Assembly: GCA_963734545.1 (NCBI GenBank)
Contig: CAVTHO010000005.1
Coordinates: 96,001-160,000, forward strand
DNA length: 64,000 nucleotides
From: an uncultured Spirochaetota bacterium
Lineage (GTDB): Bacteria > Spirochaetota > Spirochaetia > SZUA-6 > Fen-1364
Direction: 5' to 3'
Of the stretch, positions 40,774 through 51,090 are shown in pieces. Position 1 is the first letter of the stretch; every line of letters begins with the position of its first letter. A model generated the notes under the pieces. It was not told the origin of the DNA, ran no database searches, and was given only the letters and a program-made list of their open reading frames with translations. A program made the position numbers and the translations under genes.

Positions 40774-42945
40774 TCAAGGCATGATCGTGTACCAATCAAG
40801 CAGGGTCGTGCCATATTGTCCTATGAAAATGAGTTCCCCCGTGATCGTATCCTGCCCAATATCCGTGATATAGCGGTTGCCGCCGATCGTCCAATAGCTG
40901 ACAAGCGCGCCGCCCGAGTAGGATGCGATGGCGAAGTTGGCCGAGTTCTGATAGTCAAAGTGCCACACGACATATGTCCGGCCGGACGCGATCCACCCGG
41001 TCCCGAATGCAAATTTCCAGTAGTTCACGGTGGTGTCGGGAGGTGTGGGCGCAATCGGCGGCGCGGGAGGGACTTCAAGGCCGGCGGCCGAGACAGTCTG
41101 GAAAGCCGGCACCGCAGACGATGGGAGCGTCATGCTCGATGCATAGTCGACTGGTGGATCTCCCATGCCTGCGCTGAATTGAGCAATGACCTTGTAGTAA
41201 TAGGTCACGCTTTGTGAAAGACCGGTGTCCAGCACGCTGTTTGTGGTGGGGGTCAGGACAGCGGGATCAGGGAATGTGGGAGCATAGTCGCGAAGCACTC
41301 TATAGCCGATGGCGCCGGGCACGGCGTTCCAGGATACGAGAATGGAGTTGGTCCAGGTGCCCCTGGCCACTATGCCGAGTGGAAGAGCCGGAAATACGTA
41401 CGTTGCGCTCACTTCCTGGCTGTTCTGGTAGCCCGGCTTCACGGCAAAAGTTCTTATCGTTGTTGAGCCGCCGCTTGGCATGTAGATATGAGGGACGGTG
41501 ACGTAGGAGCCGTATATGGGAGAGCCGGTGTTAGGCGGCGAGCCGTCTGTTGTGTAGTAGATCGTGACAGACCCTGTCGTTGCGTCACTGAGATAGACCG
41601 GCCTTGAACCGGGATAGTTCCCGCTTCCCGGCGAGAAGCTGGGCGGCGCCACCTTGAGGATGTACGTATCAGCCTGCTCAGCGGAATCTGCGAATCCACT
41701 CCTGAACGCGATGGAGCGAATTGTCGAGGCGCTCGTGGTAACCAGGATGGGCACACCATCATAGGCGGGCGAGCTGGAAGTGGGAGGGGTTCCGTTCGTG
41801 GTGTAGCGGACGACCGCGCCGGTGGTTGCAGTACCCAGCGTGACCGTCTGGTCATTGTCGTATGTCCCACCGGCAACCGAACGCGACGGTTTGGCTGCCT
41901 TGAAAGTGTAGGATGCAGTCCGCTCCGGAGAATTGTTCATCCCGGTCTGGGCGGCGATGGCCCGCACGGTCAACGTTCCGGTGCCTTCCGCACCGCCGGC
42001 AAGCGGCACGCTTCCACCGGAGGGCACTGAGGACGACGTACCGGGCACCGGGGTTGTTCCGTTCAGCGTGTACCAGATCGTCGAGCCGGATCCGCTGTCG
42101 ATCCTCACCGAAGTGTCGTTGTCGAAAGTGCCGGACGACGGATTGAATATCGGGTCAGCAAGCCCATCGTACTGCACCGTGTAGGTGACGCCGACCATCC
42201 TGCTCTGGAACATCTCGGCCTTCACGGCCATGGCCCAGATGGTCACGGTGGTCGACGGACCCGTCACCAGGATCGGTCCCGTGTAGGGGGTGCTCAGCTC
42301 GCTCGGCGCCGGCTGAGTGGGGCCGCTCTTTATCACATAGTAGATCGCTGCATTGGAGGTCGTCGTGGAAATCGTCACGCTCTGATCCGTCCGGAAAGGG
42401 GGGCCGGCAGGAGGCGAAAAGGTCGGCGCCGCGGCCTGGGGATACTGCACGTTCACCGTCGCGCACATCACGACGCTCGGCTTCATGTTCGGCCCTATGG
42501 CGGTGGCTTTTACGGCCAGTGACTTTGAACAGTTGTCAGCCGTCGGGGCCGCAATGGCCAGCGTGATCGGCGATCCGGGGACATAGCGGCTGGTGTGCGG
42601 GTCTCGTGGATCCGGAGTGCTGCCGTCGGTTGTGTAGTAGATCACGGAGCCCGGTGTGTCCGTCTGGAGGGTGATCGTGGTGTCGGAGCTCGTAGTCGCC
42701 GCTTCCGTGTCGGAGAGCGTGCCGCTTTCCGCGGAAGAGGAGTAGGTGACGGTGGGGCCTGCCGTCATGCCGGGGCTGGAAGGGTCCACCACGCCCGCGT
42801 TGCCCGCCCACCCTTCGCGCGAATACTGGTAGGGAAGCGGACAGCCGGCGGCCAGGGCCACAACGAGCCCCGCCATCAACAGGCGCATCGCGCGTGGGTG
42901 CCGACCTCGTGCAGGCTGCCCTGCGGTCGACTGCATTTTATCCAT
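40774..42945 (-). CDS. Surface lipoprotein with five Fn3-associated (CHB_HEX_C-like) repeats and an Fn3 domain
   Basis: Lipobox LAAGC; five YYTTDGSxP-type repeats; VSWNAVPGAIGYRV...YYYKV. Confidence 0.85.
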   Translation of the reverse strand: MDKMQSTAGQPARGRHPRAMRLLMAGLVVALAAGCPLPYQYSREGWAGNAGVVDPSSPGMTAGPTVTYSSSAESGTLSDTEAATTSSDTTITLQTDTPGSVIYYTTDGSTPDPRDPHTSRYVPGSPITLAIAAPTADNCSKSLAVKATAIGPNMKPSVVMCATVNVQYPQAAAPTFSPPAGPPFRTDQSVTISTTTSNAAIYYVIKSGPTQPAPSELSTPYTGPILVTGPSTTVTIWAMAVKAEMFQSRMVGVTYTVQYDGLADPIFNPSSGTFDNDTSVRIDSGSGSTIWYTLNGTTPVPGTSSSVPSGGSVPLAGGAEGTGTLTVRAIAAQTGMNNSPERTASYTFKAAKPSRSVAGGTYDNDQTVTLGTATTGAVVRYTTNGTPPTSSSPAYDGVPILVTTSASTIRSIAFRSGFADSAEQADTYILKVAPPSFSPGSGNYPGSRPVYLSDATTGSVTIYYTTDGSPPNTGSPIYGSYVTVPHIYMPSGGSTTIRTFAVKPGYQNSQEVSATYVFPALPLGIVARGTWTNSILVSWNAVPGAIGYRVLRDYAPTFPDPAVLTPTTNSVLDTGLSQSVTYYYKVIAQFSAGMGDPPVDYASSMTLPSSAVPAFQTVSAAGLEVPPAPPIAPTPPDTTVNYWKFAFGTGWIASGRTYVVWHFDYQNSANFAIASYSGGALVSYWTIGGNRYITDIGQDTITGELIFIGQYGTTLLDWYTIMP

Positions 42946-43045
42946 TCACTTTCTCCTGGTATCGAGTCTATCTCACGCATCACCTCCTTTCAACCCGCTG
43001 ACAGAACCGGTCCGTGTGTGCTACTATGTGCAGAGGAGTACAGGG

Positions 43046-44704
43046 GTGAGAATCCGAACAAAGATCGTCGCTATCGTTCTCCCGCTCCTTGTGGCCGGCC
43101 TCGTCATCGGGGGCATCTCGGCGTCTTCCCTGGCAAGAAACTCAATCACGCGCGTCATCGTCAGGTTCATGAATTTCAAGACGGACCAGCTTGCACAGTA
43201 CATGGACAGCCAGTGGAGGATTCTCGTGGAGAACCAGATGAGCGCGCGCCAGGACATGGTGCAGGCCGCGCAGGCGGGCGTGGAGGCCTACGCGCGCAGC
43301 CTTCTCCTGAGCGACACGGAGCTCGTCTTCGCGCTCGACGCCAATGGAAATGTGGTGATGGCCACGGGCAAGATTTCCCCGACGGAAGAGGAGAAGAAAG
43401 CCCTCCTGGCCACCGCCCTGCCGGGTGACAGGACGCTTGCCACGGTCAAGATCGAGGGGACGGAGCGGGTGGCAAGCCGCTTCGCGTTCGAGCCCTTCGG
43501 CTGGACCGTTTTCACGACCGAATCCCGCTCGGTCTTCTACAGCGACGTAGCCCGCATCACCTACCAGACCCTCATCCTGATAGTCGGCGCCTGTCTCGTC
43601 GCGGTCGTGCTGCTCTTCTTCTTCGTGCGGCACTTGACCGGCCCCCTCTCCCGCACGGCGGGAACGATGAAGCAGATCATCTCCTCGAACGATCTGACGG
43701 CCCGGGTTCTCGTTGACTACAGGGACGAGATCGGCGAAATGTCCCAGACATTCAATGTCATGATCGGAGAGCTGGAGAAGGCGTACGGGCGCATCAAGGG
43801 GTTCGCCCTCCAGGCGGTCGTCTCCCAGAAGAAAGAGTCGAAGATCCGCCACATCTTCCAGAAGTATGTCCCGCAGGAGCTCATCGACAAGCTGTTTGCC
43901 AATCCCGAGTCGATGCTCGTGGGGGAAAACCGCGTTCTGTCCATCCTCTTCTCCGACATCCGCAGCTTCACCACCATATCGGAAGGGATGAAGCCCGACG
44001 TCCTCGTGGCCGCCCTCAACCGTTACTTCCGCATCATGGTGGACATCATCATGAACCGGGGCGGGATCATCGACAAGTATATCGGGGACGCCATCATGGC
44101 GTTCTTCGGCGCGCCGGTCCAGCACGAGGATGATGCCCTGCAGTCCGTGCTTGCCGGCATCGAGATGCTGGATGGCCTGGAGGTCTTCAACGAAGGCCAG
44201 AGGAGTCTCGGCGAGCCGGAGTTCCACATCGGGGTGGGCGTCAACTATGGAGAAGTGACGGTCGGCAACATCGGCACCGACAAGAAAATGGACTACACGG
44301 TGATCGGGGACATGGTGAACGTTGCCTCCCGGCTGGAGGGGCTGACCAAGCGCTACCACCAGCCGCTTCTCATCACCGAGATGCTGCGGGAGAAGGTGGA
44401 CGGGGCGGTGCTCGCACGGACAGTGGACTCGGTGGCGGTCAAGGGCCGCCACGGCGGCATCCGCATCTACGGCGTGCGCAAGGATCCCTCCGAACAGGAG
44501 GAGAAGGCCATCCGGCTGCACAACGAATCCATGGAGCTCTATTACCAGCGGCAATTCGAGGAGGCTGCAAAGGGATTCCGCAAGGTGGAGAAGCTCCTGC
44601 CGGAGGACTACCTGGCGCAGGAGTTCGTGAAACGCTGCAAGCGGATGGCGGCAGACCCCCCGGGCCCGGACTGGGACGGCGTGGAGATCATGGAGACCAA
44701 GTAG
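43046..44704 (+). CDS. Class III adenylate cyclase (2 TM, HAMP, C-terminal TPR-like)
   Basis: FSDIRSFT, DKYIGDAIMA (Lys indicates ATP specificity), DYTVIGDMVNVASRLE and WDGV. Confidence 0.93.
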   Translation: MRIRTKIVAIVLPLLVAGLVIGGISASSLARNSITRVIVRFMNFKTDQLAQYMDSQWRILVENQMSARQDMVQAAQAGVEAYARSLLLSDTELVFALDANGNVVMATGKISPTEEEKKALLATALPGDRTLATVKIEGTERVASRFAFEPFGWTVFTTESRSVFYSDVARITYQTLILIVGACLVAVVLLFFFVRHLTGPLSRTAGTMKQIISSNDLTARVLVDYRDEIGEMSQTFNVMIGELEKAYGRIKGFALQAVVSQKKESKIRHIFQKYVPQELIDKLFANPESMLVGENRVLSILFSDIRSFTTISEGMKPDVLVAALNRYFRIMVDIIMNRGGIIDKYIGDAIMAFFGAPVQHEDDALQSVLAGIEMLDGLEVFNEGQRSLGEPEFHIGVGVNYGEVTVGNIGTDKKMDYTVIGDMVNVASRLEGLTKRYHQPLLITEMLREKVDGAVLARTVDSVAVKGRHGGIRIYGVRKDPSEQEEKAIRLHNESMELYYQRQFEEAAKGFRKVEKLLPEDYLAQEFVKRCKRMAADPPGPDWDGVEIMETK

Positions 44705-44713
44705 GGCAGGACA

Positions 44714-45914
44714 ATGCGGCGCCGATTGTTGCTCCTCCTGCTCATCCTCCTTCCCACGCTGCTCTTTGCGGCCGAGCCCGGCCGCAAGGCCGCCCTTCTC
44801 ATGGCCCCCCTGAGCGCGGCTGCCCGGGATCCCCTCGTAGAGGACATTCTCGCCTCCGAGCTCACCACTGTGCTGCAGAACGCCGGGCTCACCGTGTCCT
44901 CCGGCCGGCTCGCGGTCCCCAAGGGCGCCGATCAGCCGCAGCTGCCCCAGGAAGAGCGCATCTCCTATCTCCTGCGCGGTGTCGATGCCACCGGGCAACG
45001 ACGTGATAGTGGCGGCGTTCTATCTGGCCCAGGGGGAGGAGCTGATCATCCAGTTCGCCCTGTACGACCCAGCCGTTCACACGATGCTGGGCGGCGTGCT
45101 GACACGGGCGCGCAAGGGCCTCACCCTGTTTGCCAGCGTCACGGCTGCGGTTGCGGACTTTGGCCCGGCAATCAAGCGCTACGTGGAGGGCGGGTATCGT
45201 GTGGAGCCGCCGAGCGGCATCGTGGAACGGATCACCGTCTCGGGACCGCCGGAAGGCAGTCGCGTGACCTTTGTGGACCGTGAGGTCGGGACCGTATCCG
45301 GTGGAAGCCTCGTGGTCCCCTACACCCAGTTCGAGATCGGGACCACGATACCCGTGAGGGTCCAGAAGGAGGGCTATCACAGCTTCGAGGGGGCCTACCC
45401 GCTCATGACACCCCAGGTGGAATTGCGGCTCCCCGCACTGCGCCGTGAGACCCGTTTCGATGCGCAGCTGGTCTGGAGCTTCGGCCTGGCAACCGGCTTC
45501 GGCTTCGGCGGGAGAGTCCACCTGGTGCCGGATGCCCTGTTCGTCGGCTTCGAACACTACCGGACAGTACAGCCGGGCACATTGTGGGGCACGCCGGTCC
45601 GGCACTACGATACAAACGTCCAGATCGGGGAGTACGTTATCTTCCCGTACACGTCGATCATCCGCGTCCATCTTGCGCTGGGAGCCGGGGTTATTGTCAC
45701 GGACGTGGCGAACCTGCAGGGCAGGGACTACACGGACTTCTACATCCTGGCCGGCGATCCCACCGCGGAGCTCACACTCGGCCCGGTGAAGATTTTCCTC
45801 CGGCCGGATCTCCATTACGCGCTCGGGATGGGCTACAATCTGCTGGGGAGGGCCTGGATCCGCACGCCGTACGGATTGCCGCCGCTCACCCTGGGAGTCC
45901 GCTATTCATGGTGA
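44714..45914 (+). CDS. Exported protein with PEGA-like segment and probable C-terminal OM beta-barrel; +1 frameshift near 44985
   Basis: Signal peptide; VRVQKEGY; amphipathic strands; ends GVRYSW. Confidence 0.7.
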
Positions 45915-46981
45915 GAAAGCCCGGCTTCCCGATACTGGCTCTGATTGCCGCGCTCGGTCTTGCCTCCTGTGAGATCTTCACCGTCACGCCCTTTCCCGAT
46001 TTCGTGAGCAAGACCGACATATCGATTGACCTGAGCCACGAGATCAACGCAATCGTCGGAAGAGAGACCAATATCTCCTACCAGCTCACCGTGGTGGACA
46101 GCGCCGCGCTGCCGCCCCGGGTGCTCCTGCTCGTCGAGCCGCCGTCGAGCGACCCGGACGTCGGCTTCAACTACAAGGGCCAGCTCATCTTCATGGATCA
46201 GGACCTCAACGTAAGAGGCCGGGCGCGCACCGGCTCGTCGCTCGACTACTTCAGCAAGCCCTTCGGGTATGCGCACGACGGCAATGTGCTGGCAGGGTAT
46301 ACGGTCCTCACGAATGACGGGGGAACCACGCCGGTCGGGACCCTCTCACCGCCTCCGGGCCTGGAGGGGTTTGTTCTCACCAACGGGATTGAAACCGATA
46401 TTTTCGCAACGCCGTCGGGCAAATATGCGTCCTTCGACCTCTCGTACATCGGCTACCAGCTTGCCGGTTGGGGAAATGTCCTGAGCGCCGGCACGCTCCC
46501 CATCCTGCCTCCTGCGGCACGGCCTTCCCCCACGGATCCGAACTACGCAAACCTCGGCTACCAGCTCATAGGGTTGGCATACAACAGCGCGAGCCAGGAG
46601 ATCGTGTTCGTCCTGTCTGAACCTTCTGCGGGCCGCATCGTGGCGGCGCGCCGCGACCGGGCCACCGCGACAGACGGCCTTGGCGTGTCCCTCGTGTCTT
46701 CGGCATCAAGCTGGCCGGTGTCCATCGACGTGGACAGGCCCGCCCTCTTTGCCGATGTGGACGGCTTTTTCCTGGTGCGGCGCGATGGCTGGATGGAACG
46801 CTATGCATGGAACGCTTCGGGCCTTCCCCTCGCGCTGGTCGGCAGCCCGGTCAAAATCGTCGGGGACAAGTCCTTGAGCCGCCGGTACGCTTTCCTGGTT
46901 CCGCAAACGGGTGGACCTTCCTACATGTACCGCTTCGATCCCAGCTCGCGGGTCCTGACCCGGTACCGGAGGTGGTGGTAG
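45908..46981 (+). CDS. Hypothetical beta-rich lipoprotein
   Basis: Lipobox LASC after a hydrophobic leader; overlaps both neighbours. Confidence 0.78.
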   Translation: MVRKPGFPILALIAALGLASCEIFTVTPFPDFVSKTDISIDLSHEINAIVGRETNISYQLTVVDSAALPPRVLLLVEPPSSDPDVGFNYKGQLIFMDQDLNVRGRARTGSSLDYFSKPFGYAHDGNVLAGYTVLTNDGGTTPVGTLSPPPGLEGFVLTNGIETDIFATPSGKYASFDLSYIGYQLAGWGNVLSAGTLPILPPAARPSPTDPNYANLGYQLIGLAYNSASQEIVFVLSEPSAGRIVAARRDRATATDGLGVSLVSSASSWPVSIDVDRPALFADVDGFFLVRRDGWMERYAWNASGLPLALVGSPVKIVGDKSLSRRYAFLVPQTGGPSYMYRFDPSSRVLTRYRRWW

Positions 46982-48351
46982 TGCGTGCCGCGTGGCAGAT
47001 CCTGGCCCTCGCTCTGCTCATTCTCGGCGCTGCGGCGGCCGGCGCCCAGGATGCGGCACAGCCTCCCGCTGCGCCGGAGGGCACGCAGGCCCCTGGTGCT
47101 GCCCCGGAGGCTGCGCCGACACCTCCCGCGCAGGATGGCACGCAGGCCCCTGCGGCCCCGGAGGCCGCGCCGACACCCGCCCAGGCAACAGGCTCGTTCG
47201 GCAGGCCGCGCTTCATGGTCTATCTGTTCGAGGCGGAACAGGACACGCTCTCGGCCGAGGAGCAGTTCATCCTGTACAACTCGATTCTCGCCGCGGCCGC
47301 CGAAGCCAACCCGGACGTGGTCATCCTCGAGTCCCCCGACCAGAGCGTTCCGCGGACAAAGGAGGGCAAGGAGGAGCTGGCGCAGCGGGTGAAAGCCGAC
47401 AGCTGGCTTTCCGTCGTGGCCAGCGGCGGCTACGGCAACCTCACGATACAAGCCGAGACATTCGACATCCTGCGCCAGGAAACCTTCGGCCAGGAGATCA
47501 TCCGGCCGGGATTCGTCGTGGATTTCAGAACGATCTCGCGTGGTTTCTGGAACGGGATCGTCACGGCCATCCGCACCTCGTACAGCCGCGTCGTGGACCT
47601 TTCCACGCTGACGGTGCACGGACAGCCGGGCTCCGAGCTGGCCGGTGTCCCCGGCGGCCCGTACCACATCGACAAGACGGGCACCCTGGTGCAGAAGATT
47701 CCCTACCCGTCGTCCTTCCAGATGCGCGCGCGGGTGCCCGGCTACTATGACGTCCAGCGGCCGCTCTCCCTCGGGATCGATCCCCTCGAGGTGGACCTGG
47801 GACAGGTAAAAAAGCCCCGGTTCGGCGCGGAGGTGCGGCTGAGCAGCTTCCAGTTCCCCGGGGTCCGGTTCTGGGTTTTCATTCTCCCCGCGGAAGTGTT
47901 CGTCCGGCTCGGCCTCACCACGCAGCTCTTCGGTCTCTACCCCATCGACAATGCGGCGAATGTCCTGGTCGTCGGCGCCCCTCTCAGCTTTCTCGAGCTC
48001 GACGCCGGTTTGTTCATATCCCCCGCGGAGAATCTGTTGAGGTTCTTCGTCGGGGCGGGGGGCTACCTCCGATTCTCCCATCCGCCCGCGCCGGGCTTCC
48101 ATATCGACAGCGAGGCTGCTCCGGGAGCGATCACCCTGAGCCTCGGCGGTGAATACTCCCCCTCGAGGCGGCTCCGGTTCGTTTTCGAATACGAGCCGGC
48201 TTTCATCCTTGCCTCGAATCCGCAGCAGTTCATCAATCTGACATTTGTCGCGAACAGTTTTCCCAGCGGCAAAGTCCCCGGCTACGTCGTCCTTCCCTGG
48301 GGTCTGTTCGACTTTCGGAATTTCTACCTCGGCTTGCGGATCGATTTCTAG
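46981..48351 (+). CDS. Exported protein with Pro/Ala linker and probable OM beta-barrel (architecture like 44714)
   Basis: Signal peptide; duplicated GTQAP..APEAAPTP linker; ends YLGLRIDF. Confidence 0.72.
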   Translation: MRAAWQILALALLILGAAAAGAQDAAQPPAAPEGTQAPGAAPEAAPTPPAQDGTQAPAAPEAAPTPAQATGSFGRPRFMVYLFEAEQDTLSAEEQFILYNSILAAAAEANPDVVILESPDQSVPRTKEGKEELAQRVKADSWLSVVASGGYGNLTIQAETFDILRQETFGQEIIRPGFVVDFRTISRGFWNGIVTAIRTSYSRVVDLSTLTVHGQPGSELAGVPGGPYHIDKTGTLVQKIPYPSSFQMRARVPGYYDVQRPLSLGIDPLEVDLGQVKKPRFGAEVRLSSFQFPGVRFWVFILPAEVFVRLGLTTQLFGLYPIDNAANVLVVGAPLSFLELDAGLFISPAENLLRFFVGAGGYLRFSHPPAPGFHIDSEAAPGAITLSLGGEYSPSRRLRFVFEYEPAFILASNPQQFINLTFVANSFPSGKVPGYVVLPWGLFDFRNFYLGLRIDF

Positions 48352-48378
48352 AAGCGCCGGCGGGGCACCCGCCTGCGG

Positions 48379-50538
48379 TTATTGCGGGGCGGCCTCCGCC
48401 CGGGCAAGAACGCCGTCGATCGCCGTCAGGATGGCCTTGAGCCGCTCGTTGCTCCCCGCATTTTCCATCTCGAATTGCAGAAGCTGCCGGGCCGCCTTTG
48501 GGGAGGGCTGCTTGGCAACACTCTCCAGGATCTGCTGCGCATCGGCGAGGGCGGCGGAAGAACCCGCGGTCTGTGTCGCGGCATAGAGAGCATTGACCCG
48601 CTCGGCGACGTCGGAGAAGAGCCGCCTCACCGAGTCGTCCCGCAGGAACTTGTTCAGCTCCTGCCGGGAAGCGGTGGTGGGGTCCTGGGGGTTCGACTGC
48701 CGGGCGGTCTTTTCCTGCTCCACGTATCGGGCATAGGTGGCGCGTGCCTGGTTGACCTGCCCCTCGAAGACGAGGAGCGCGTCGAGGCGCTTGTTGAGGT
48801 CCTGGCGGGTCGTGTTCACCCGGGCCGCCAGCGCGTCCAGCTCGGCCACGCGCTGCGTGCCGGCCTGGGCCTTTTCCGCCTGCAGCTGCGTGATCTGCGA
48901 CTCGGCATCGGCAAGCTGCTTCTTCAGCTCATCTCCCTGGCTTGTGATGGCGTCCGTCACCTGCTGGTCGGCCGCGGGGCCGGCGGCACCCCGCAGGAAC
49001 GCCTGGCGCTCGGCGGCGAGGTTGAGTCCTGCCTGCGCAGCCAGCGCATCCGTCCCCGCGCTCTTCCGTCCCGTGCGCGTGTATTCCGACATGCTGTAGC
49101 CGAGGACGAGCAGATCGGAGAGCAGCCGCGCCGTGTCCGGCTGGATCGATGGGGAGACATTCAAGGCAGCCTTGTAGCGGGCAAGGGCACCCGCGTAGTC
49201 GCCGGCCTTTACCAGCGCGACCGCGGCCTTCGTGTTTTCCTCGGTTTGATCGCGGAGCTGCTTCTGGAGATCCGCCACCGCGGCATCAACGAGCGCGGCC
49301 GATGCTGTCTGCACCTCCGGCATGGCGCCAACGAGCTCACGGTACAGGTCGAGCCGCGCGGGCCCCGCCTGGCCTGCGGATGCCTGCTGGGAAAGGCTTC
49401 TCATCCTGCTGAGAAGCTCCAGGTCCGCGGTGAGCGTTTTTTCACCTGCAGCGGCCTGCGCCTTCAGGCGGTCTTCGAGCATCGTCCCGAGCTGGTTGAG
49501 CAGAAACACCTCCGTGCGCACCCGGTCGGCGAGCTGGGGCACCGCGCGGACGCTTCCCTGCTGGAGATAGGCCTGGAGTGAACGGACCTGCGAGAGGGCC
49601 GCTTCCAGGTCCGCCGTTCCCAATGCGTCACGGATCCGCGCGACCTGGCCTTCGATCTGGTTCTCGACGGCCTGCACCTGCTCCTGCTTGCTGGTCAGCC
49701 CGGCCAGCTCGCGCTGCGCCGCCTCGAGGTTGACCGAGGTCTGCGCCCGCAGACGGTCGAGCACCTGGGTCTTCTGCTGGAGCTGGACCTGCAGCGTCAC
49801 TTCGCGTTTCTGGTAGTCCGAGACGATCTGCTTCCGCTCCTGCTCGAGCTGCTGCAGCCGGGTCCCATATTCCGTGCGCAGACGGGTGATGTCCGCCTGG
49901 AGCTGCGCGCGCTCCGCTTCGAGCTGCTTGCGGTATTGCGCGAGCTGGCGCTCGTAGTACGCCTTGCGCTCGGCCTCGAACTTGGCCATGCGCGCTTCGA
50001 TGTCGTCCTTGCGGATCCCCTCGGAGGTGAGGCGGGCCCGTTCGACGTCGACATCCTGCTTCAGCTGCTGGCGCAGCTCGTCTTCCCTCTGCTTCAGCTT
50101 CCGGGTGAAATTCTCCTCAAGGGTTCTCTGCTCTCCCTCGAGCTCGCGGACCTTGGTCTTGATCTCCTCGATCTCCTTCTCCTTGGAGGTGAGGAGCTGC
50201 CGGGATTCCTGGCGGAGCTCACGAATGAGCTTTCCTTCGATGCTCGCATACTGGGTGACCTGGTTCTGCACGTGACGCTCGTCACGCCGGAAGACGACGC
50301 TCAAGATGAGTATGGCGGCCGCGACGGCCACCAGGGCTGCCGCGTTGACGATAGAGGGAAGGAGCACGCCCCGTCGGGCGGACTCGAGGGAGAATTGCGC
50401 CGCTTCCACGGGGATCCGGTTCTCCGTGGCCACCTTCTCGATGTGCGAACGGATCTCTTCGCGTTCGGGGGCGCTGATGCCCGCTTCATTTTCCAGGGTC
50501 GGAAAGTCCTGCTCGTTTTCGGCCATCCCGCGTCCCAT
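48379..50538 (-). CDS. Membrane-anchored long coiled-coil protein
   Basis: One TM (AAALVAVAAAILILSVVF) then an extended E/K/Q/R heptad region; TPR-like ALVKAGDYAGALARY. Confidence 0.82.
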   Translation of the reverse strand: MGRGMAENEQDFPTLENEAGISAPEREEIRSHIEKVATENRIPVEAAQFSLESARRGVLLPSIVNAAALVAVAAAILILSVVFRRDERHVQNQVTQYASIEGKLIRELRQESRQLLTSKEKEIEEIKTKVRELEGEQRTLEENFTRKLKQREDELRQQLKQDVDVERARLTSEGIRKDDIEARMAKFEAERKAYYERQLAQYRKQLEAERAQLQADITRLRTEYGTRLQQLEQERKQIVSDYQKREVTLQVQLQQKTQVLDRLRAQTSVNLEAAQRELAGLTSKQEQVQAVENQIEGQVARIRDALGTADLEAALSQVRSLQAYLQQGSVRAVPQLADRVRTEVFLLNQLGTMLEDRLKAQAAAGEKTLTADLELLSRMRSLSQQASAGQAGPARLDLYRELVGAMPEVQTASAALVDAAVADLQKQLRDQTEENTKAAVALVKAGDYAGALARYKAALNVSPSIQPDTARLLSDLLVLGYSMSEYTRTGRKSAGTDALAAQAGLNLAAERQAFLRGAAGPAADQQVTDAITSQGDELKKQLADAESQITQLQAEKAQAGTQRVAELDALAARVNTTRQDLNKRLDALLVFEGQVNQARATYARYVEQEKTARQSNPQDPTTASRQELNKFLRDDSVRRLFSDVAERVNALYAATQTAGSSAALADAQQILESVAKQPSPKAARQLLQFEMENAGSNERLKAILTAIDGVLARAEAAPQ

Positions 50539-50634
50539 CCCCCTCCTCTCCTTTGTACCCCAATCTGTCGGGAGAGTCAAATCGACTTTGCGCGGTTGTG
50601 AAATACGCCCGGAAAGGGTAAACTCTCGCCTGAC

Positions 50635-51090
50635 ATGAGGCGCGTCTGGCTCGCTATCATTGCACTGCTGTGTCTTGGCGCCGTGAACCTTCAGGCCCAG
50701 TATGGTCTCGTCCTCCACACCGCGGTGAGCGAAGACCGCCTGAGCGTGGGAGCGTCGATCCGCCTGCTCGGCGTTGCAGCCGGCAGCCTGCGGCCGGAAA
50801 TCGGCGCGGAAGAAGCGCGGGCAACTCTCACGCGGCTTGGCATCAAGCTGCCCAGGGATTCCGATGACAGTCCCATCACCTTCGGCAACTTCGCCTTTCT
50901 GCTCTGCCAGCTCTTCGACCTTCGGGGCGGCGTGATGTACGGGTTGTTCCCGGGGCCCCGCGCCGCTTTCAATGAGCTTGTGGTCCGGGGCCTGCTGCCG
51001 GCACATGCCCGGCCGGGTGCCCCGATCAGCGGGCCGGACGCCCTGCTCGTGCTGCGCCGTTTCATTCAGCCCCGTGGAGAAAGCCAGTGA
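50635..51090 (+). CDS. Exported hypothetical protein (SLH-like helical motif)
   Basis: Signal peptide; ITFGNFAFLL...GGVMYGLFPGPRAAF. Confidence 0.7.
   Translation: MRRVWLAIIALLCLGAVNLQAQYGLVLHTAVSEDRLSVGASIRLLGVAAGSLRPEIGAEEARATLTRLGIKLPRDSDDSPITFGNFAFLLCQLFDLRGGVMYGLFPGPRAAFNELVVRGLLPAHARPGAPISGPDALLVLRRFIQPRGESQ

Noticed and set aside
47080-47185. Approximately 55-bp direct duplication
   Set aside because: It encodes a Pro/Ala-rich flexible linker after a signal peptide, which is ordinary.
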